DNA of 64,000 nt from a virus: the IMG/VR virus record IMGVR_UViG_3300009678_000001; one strand, written 5' to 3'. How positions within the stretch are numbered: position 1 is the stretch's first letter; each line of letters begins with the position of its first letter. Shown one piece after another: positions 61,978 to 64,000 of the stretch. The position numbers and the translations under genes were made by a program. The notes beneath the pieces were generated by a model. That model saw nothing but the letters and a program-made list of their open reading frames with translations. It ran no database searches and was not told the DNA's origin.

Positions 61978-62981
61978 AGTTCTGGTTTCTTTACTAAAGT
62001 CATGCGCCGCCATATTAATTTGCGCAGTTTTCCTTCAGGACCATGGGGTTGATGGACGAGGCTTTTTCTTCGCCAATGCATCCGTGGAGAAGCGTGATGT
62101 CCCCCTAGACTTGGTGACTCGTGTTCAATCTTATAACCATATCCAACAATATTAGGAGACCAAAGCGCTTCTTTTTTAATTTCTCCCGTCTTAGCCTTTT
62201 TCTCGGGTCTTTCTAAAGATGCTGGCTTAATAAGTTTTGGACTGGTCCCCCAAACCATTAAAGTAAGGATTGTGGCTTGAACGGCCTTAATTAGGATTTT
62301 CTGTTCTTCTTCAGATGAAGGAGATGGGGATTTGTCGTTTTTAATTTTTTCATATAGTTTTGGTTGGTAGAGTTCATACATTAATTCTTGAACCTTTGTC
62401 ACATCTTCCCACCTACCTTCTTTTTCAGTTAGACCAACAGTACTAATTGGCATATTAGTTGGATACCACGCGGCATAATTAACAAAACGCCCGCTATCCA
62501 TTAAAAAAGGTAAATGAAAACACAAAGTTCCCACATTTACTTCTTGTCCCAAAACAAAATCTCCTTTATCTACAAGTGAAACGCCAATAAAGGGAAATCG
62601 CCAGCCTAAATAAGATTCAACAAATTGTGTTGGAAACACTAATATAAAATGTTTTAAAGGCAGATAAACTTCGCTAAAACTAAAATCTTGAGGAGGGACA
62701 GTCGCCACACATTCCAACAGAAATTCATGGTCAATAAAATAAGTCGGAACCTGAGTGTCTATCAAATTGTTGGTAACCGTTTTAATTACTTGGTCTGTGT
62801 CTCCTTGCAAAGAATAAAACCATGAATTAATAATGCCTAAAACAAGACTGTAATATTTTGGGTCATAATACCCATTAGGGCAGACAATTCGTTTCGGGTA
62901 AAACAAACTAATTCTTTCTTGCGCCTTTTCGCAAAGTTCTTTGAAATGGTCCCACTCGTTTTCAAAAATTTCAATCTTCAT
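61974..62981 (-). CDS. hypothetical protein
   Basis: 335 aa with its own promoter. Confidence 0.7.
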   Translation of the reverse strand: MKIEIFENEWDHFKELCEKAQERISLFYPKRIVCPNGYYDPKYYSLVLGIINSWFYSLQGDTDQVIKTVTNNLIDTQVPTYFIDHEFLLECVATVPPQDFSFSEVYLPLKHFILVFPTQFVESYLGWRFPFIGVSLVDKGDFVLGQEVNVGTLCFHLPFLMDSGRFVNYAAWYPTNMPISTVGLTEKEGRWEDVTKVQELMYELYQPKLYEKIKNDKSPSPSSEEEQKILIKAVQATILTLMVWGTSPKLIKPASLERPEKKAKTGEIKKEALWSPNIVGYGYKIEHESPSLGGHHASPRMHWRRKSLVHQPHGPEGKLRKLIWRRMTLVKKPEL

Positions 62982-62987
62982 CCCAAC

Positions 62988-63015
62988 ATTTTAAATAAAA
63001 TTTTTAAAAATGCAA
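62988..63015 (-). promoter_or_regulatory. class I promoter
   Basis: TTGCAT-16-TAAAAT, 6 nt to the ATG at 62981. Confidence 0.55.
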
Positions 63016-63018
63016 GTA

Positions 63019-63657
63019 TTATTTTTGCTTCAAAATGAAGCTTAACCACTCTACCCTTGGGACAGTTGAAATTTCGCTTGCCGCAGTCCTAGGTAAAGGT
63101 TTTTTAGGCTCATAAAGAAGTCTGTGTCTGAAATTTTCGATAGGCATATTCCCTCTTTCACTGTTTAAGTCCCTATGGGCCAAAACAATATTGGTCCACT
63201 CGTCCTTTCCACCATGGGATTTGGGTTTAACGTGTTCTAAAGAAGCTTCAGCTAAAGTTAAGATTTTACCACTATAAGCACATTTCTTGCCATAATGACG
63301 ATAAGCGTTACGTTTGTTTAGTTTTAACTCCCTGAGGGCTAGACCGTTATAGTTTTTTGCCCTCATCACAATCGGCGCTCTAATAGTTCTTTTAGAGGTA
63401 TGAATTGGAATGTCCCATGAACGAACCGGTAAATTCATCCAAGCTTCTAAATTAACTGGTTCCCAATAGCTAACTTTATCGAAATTCGGTCTGCCATCAT
63501 CATCTAATTCAAATTCAATATCAATCCCTTGAGAGGCCATATTGCCATCTTCTGAAGTAGAAAAAAGATTGGTAAGAGCCTTCTTTATTGTCGCGGTGCC
63601 TACAACAATATAAAGACTATTAAGAACAAGAACAAGCTGTTCATTTAAAAGGTTCAC
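63019..63657 (-). CDS. HNH endonuclease
   Basis: 212 aa. LEHVKPKSHGGKDEWTNIVLAHRDLNSERGN is a canonical HNH motif. Apparent GTG start. Confidence 0.8.
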   Translation of the reverse strand: MNLLNEQLVLVLNSLYIVVGTATIKKALTNLFSTSEDGNMASQGIDIEFELDDDGRPNFDKVSYWEPVNLEAWMNLPVRSWDIPIHTSKRTIRAPIVMRAKNYNGLALRELKLNKRNAYRHYGKKCAYSGKILTLAEASLEHVKPKSHGGKDEWTNIVLAHRDLNSERGNMPIENFRHRLLYEPKKPLPRTAASEISTVPRVEWLSFILKQK

Positions 63658-63874
63658 TAAAAAGAATTGTGTCGTTAACTGACCAAAGTAAAGGACTTAT
63701 ATCATTACCGAAACCAACTTTTCTTACAATATCACCCCAATCAGAAACTAAAAATGACTGATAAATCTGCGTATCAATTTTTCTTCTTACTACTTTTATC
63801 TGGCTATACGGATGATTCCAAACTCGGTCGCGAAATATGTTTCTATTCATCGTAAATTTATTCAAAAAATTCAT
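63641..63874 (-). CDS. hypothetical protein, distantly QVWD-like N-terminus
   Basis: 77 aa. IFRDRVWNH..QIKVVRRKIDTQIYQ. The C-terminal LLWSVNDTILF is shared with the next (partial) ORF. Confidence 0.5.
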   Translation of the reverse strand: MNFLNKFTMNRNIFRDRVWNHPYSQIKVVRRKIDTQIYQSFLVSDWGDIVRKVGFGNDISPLLWSVNDTILFSEPFK

Positions 63875-64000
63875 TCAAATAAATTGCATCGTTAAGCCTC
63901 CAACTTAAAAGAGTTAAATTGTGCCCAAGATAGGTTCTTATTTCAATGTCGTGCCAAACAGAAGTTGATAATGACTTTAAAATTTGTGTATGAATTTCTT
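63858..64000 (-). CDS. partial ORF (5-prime end outside the window), paralogue of 63641..63874
   Basis: Reads ..HTQILKSLSTSVWHDIE..LTLLSWRLNDAIYLNEFFE*. Confidence 0.4.
   Translation of the reverse strand, partial: EIHTQILKSLSTSVWHDIEIRTYLGHNLTLLSWRLNDAIYLNEFFE

Noticed and set aside
1-64000. Integrated prophage with attachment sites or a lysogeny module
   Set aside because: No integrase, recombinase, CI/Cro-like pair or flanking bacterial housekeeping genes were seen. The whole window is phage-like, so a virulent phage or a fragment of a larger element is more likely. This cannot be proven from one window.

Overview
AT-rich, very gene-dense sequence that reads as part of a large (over 64 kb) virulent dsDNA phage genome. 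No rRNA, tRNA, CRISPR array, integrase or att site was recognised. There are three transcription blocks. (1) 1-14205, mostly minus strand: tail-fibre-like repeat protein, a major structural protein, portal candidate, large terminase, ERCC4-type nuclease, a phage sigma factor, PhoH and an AAA+ ATPase. (2) 14243-21879, plus strand: about 25 small genes plus a secreted subtilisin-like protease. (3) 22231-64000, minus strand: about 110 mostly tiny genes. Recognisable products in block 3 are ArdC, a DUF2958-like protein, a macro domain, a DUF932-like protein, a DRB0094-type RNA ligase, a pol-beta nucleotidyltransferase, a RuvB-like AAA+ ATPase, rIIB and rIIA homologues and an HNH endonuclease. Four sequence-level patterns stand out. 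(a) A family of at least 20 paralogous micro-genes (40-80 aa) is built from 4-residue Q-[VI]-[WRG]-[DN] repeats (12-nt unit GACCAAGTTTGG). One member is a near-perfect 17.5-unit tandem array, and two copies are decayed. (b) A conserved ~22-nt intercistronic stem-loop (ISL, consensus minus-strand TAAGCCCTGCGGCGCTTGAGCAT-ATG) occurs about 25 times. It usually sits exactly between a stop and the next ATG, sometimes in tandem with nothing between copies, and sometimes inside a gene's last codons. (c) About 45 near-identical sigma70-type promoters (TTGACA-N16-TATAAT with a conserved spacer TTAAAAAAGATATTG) were read. In most, the -10 box lies 6-9 nt from the ATG, which implies leaderless mRNAs. The upstream gene's TGA stop is often embedded in the -35 box. 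(d) A second motif, GTGTAAT, lies just upstream of structural-block genes and is a candidate late promoter for the phage sigma factor. All family assignments come from motifs read by eye and need HMM or BLAST confirmation.
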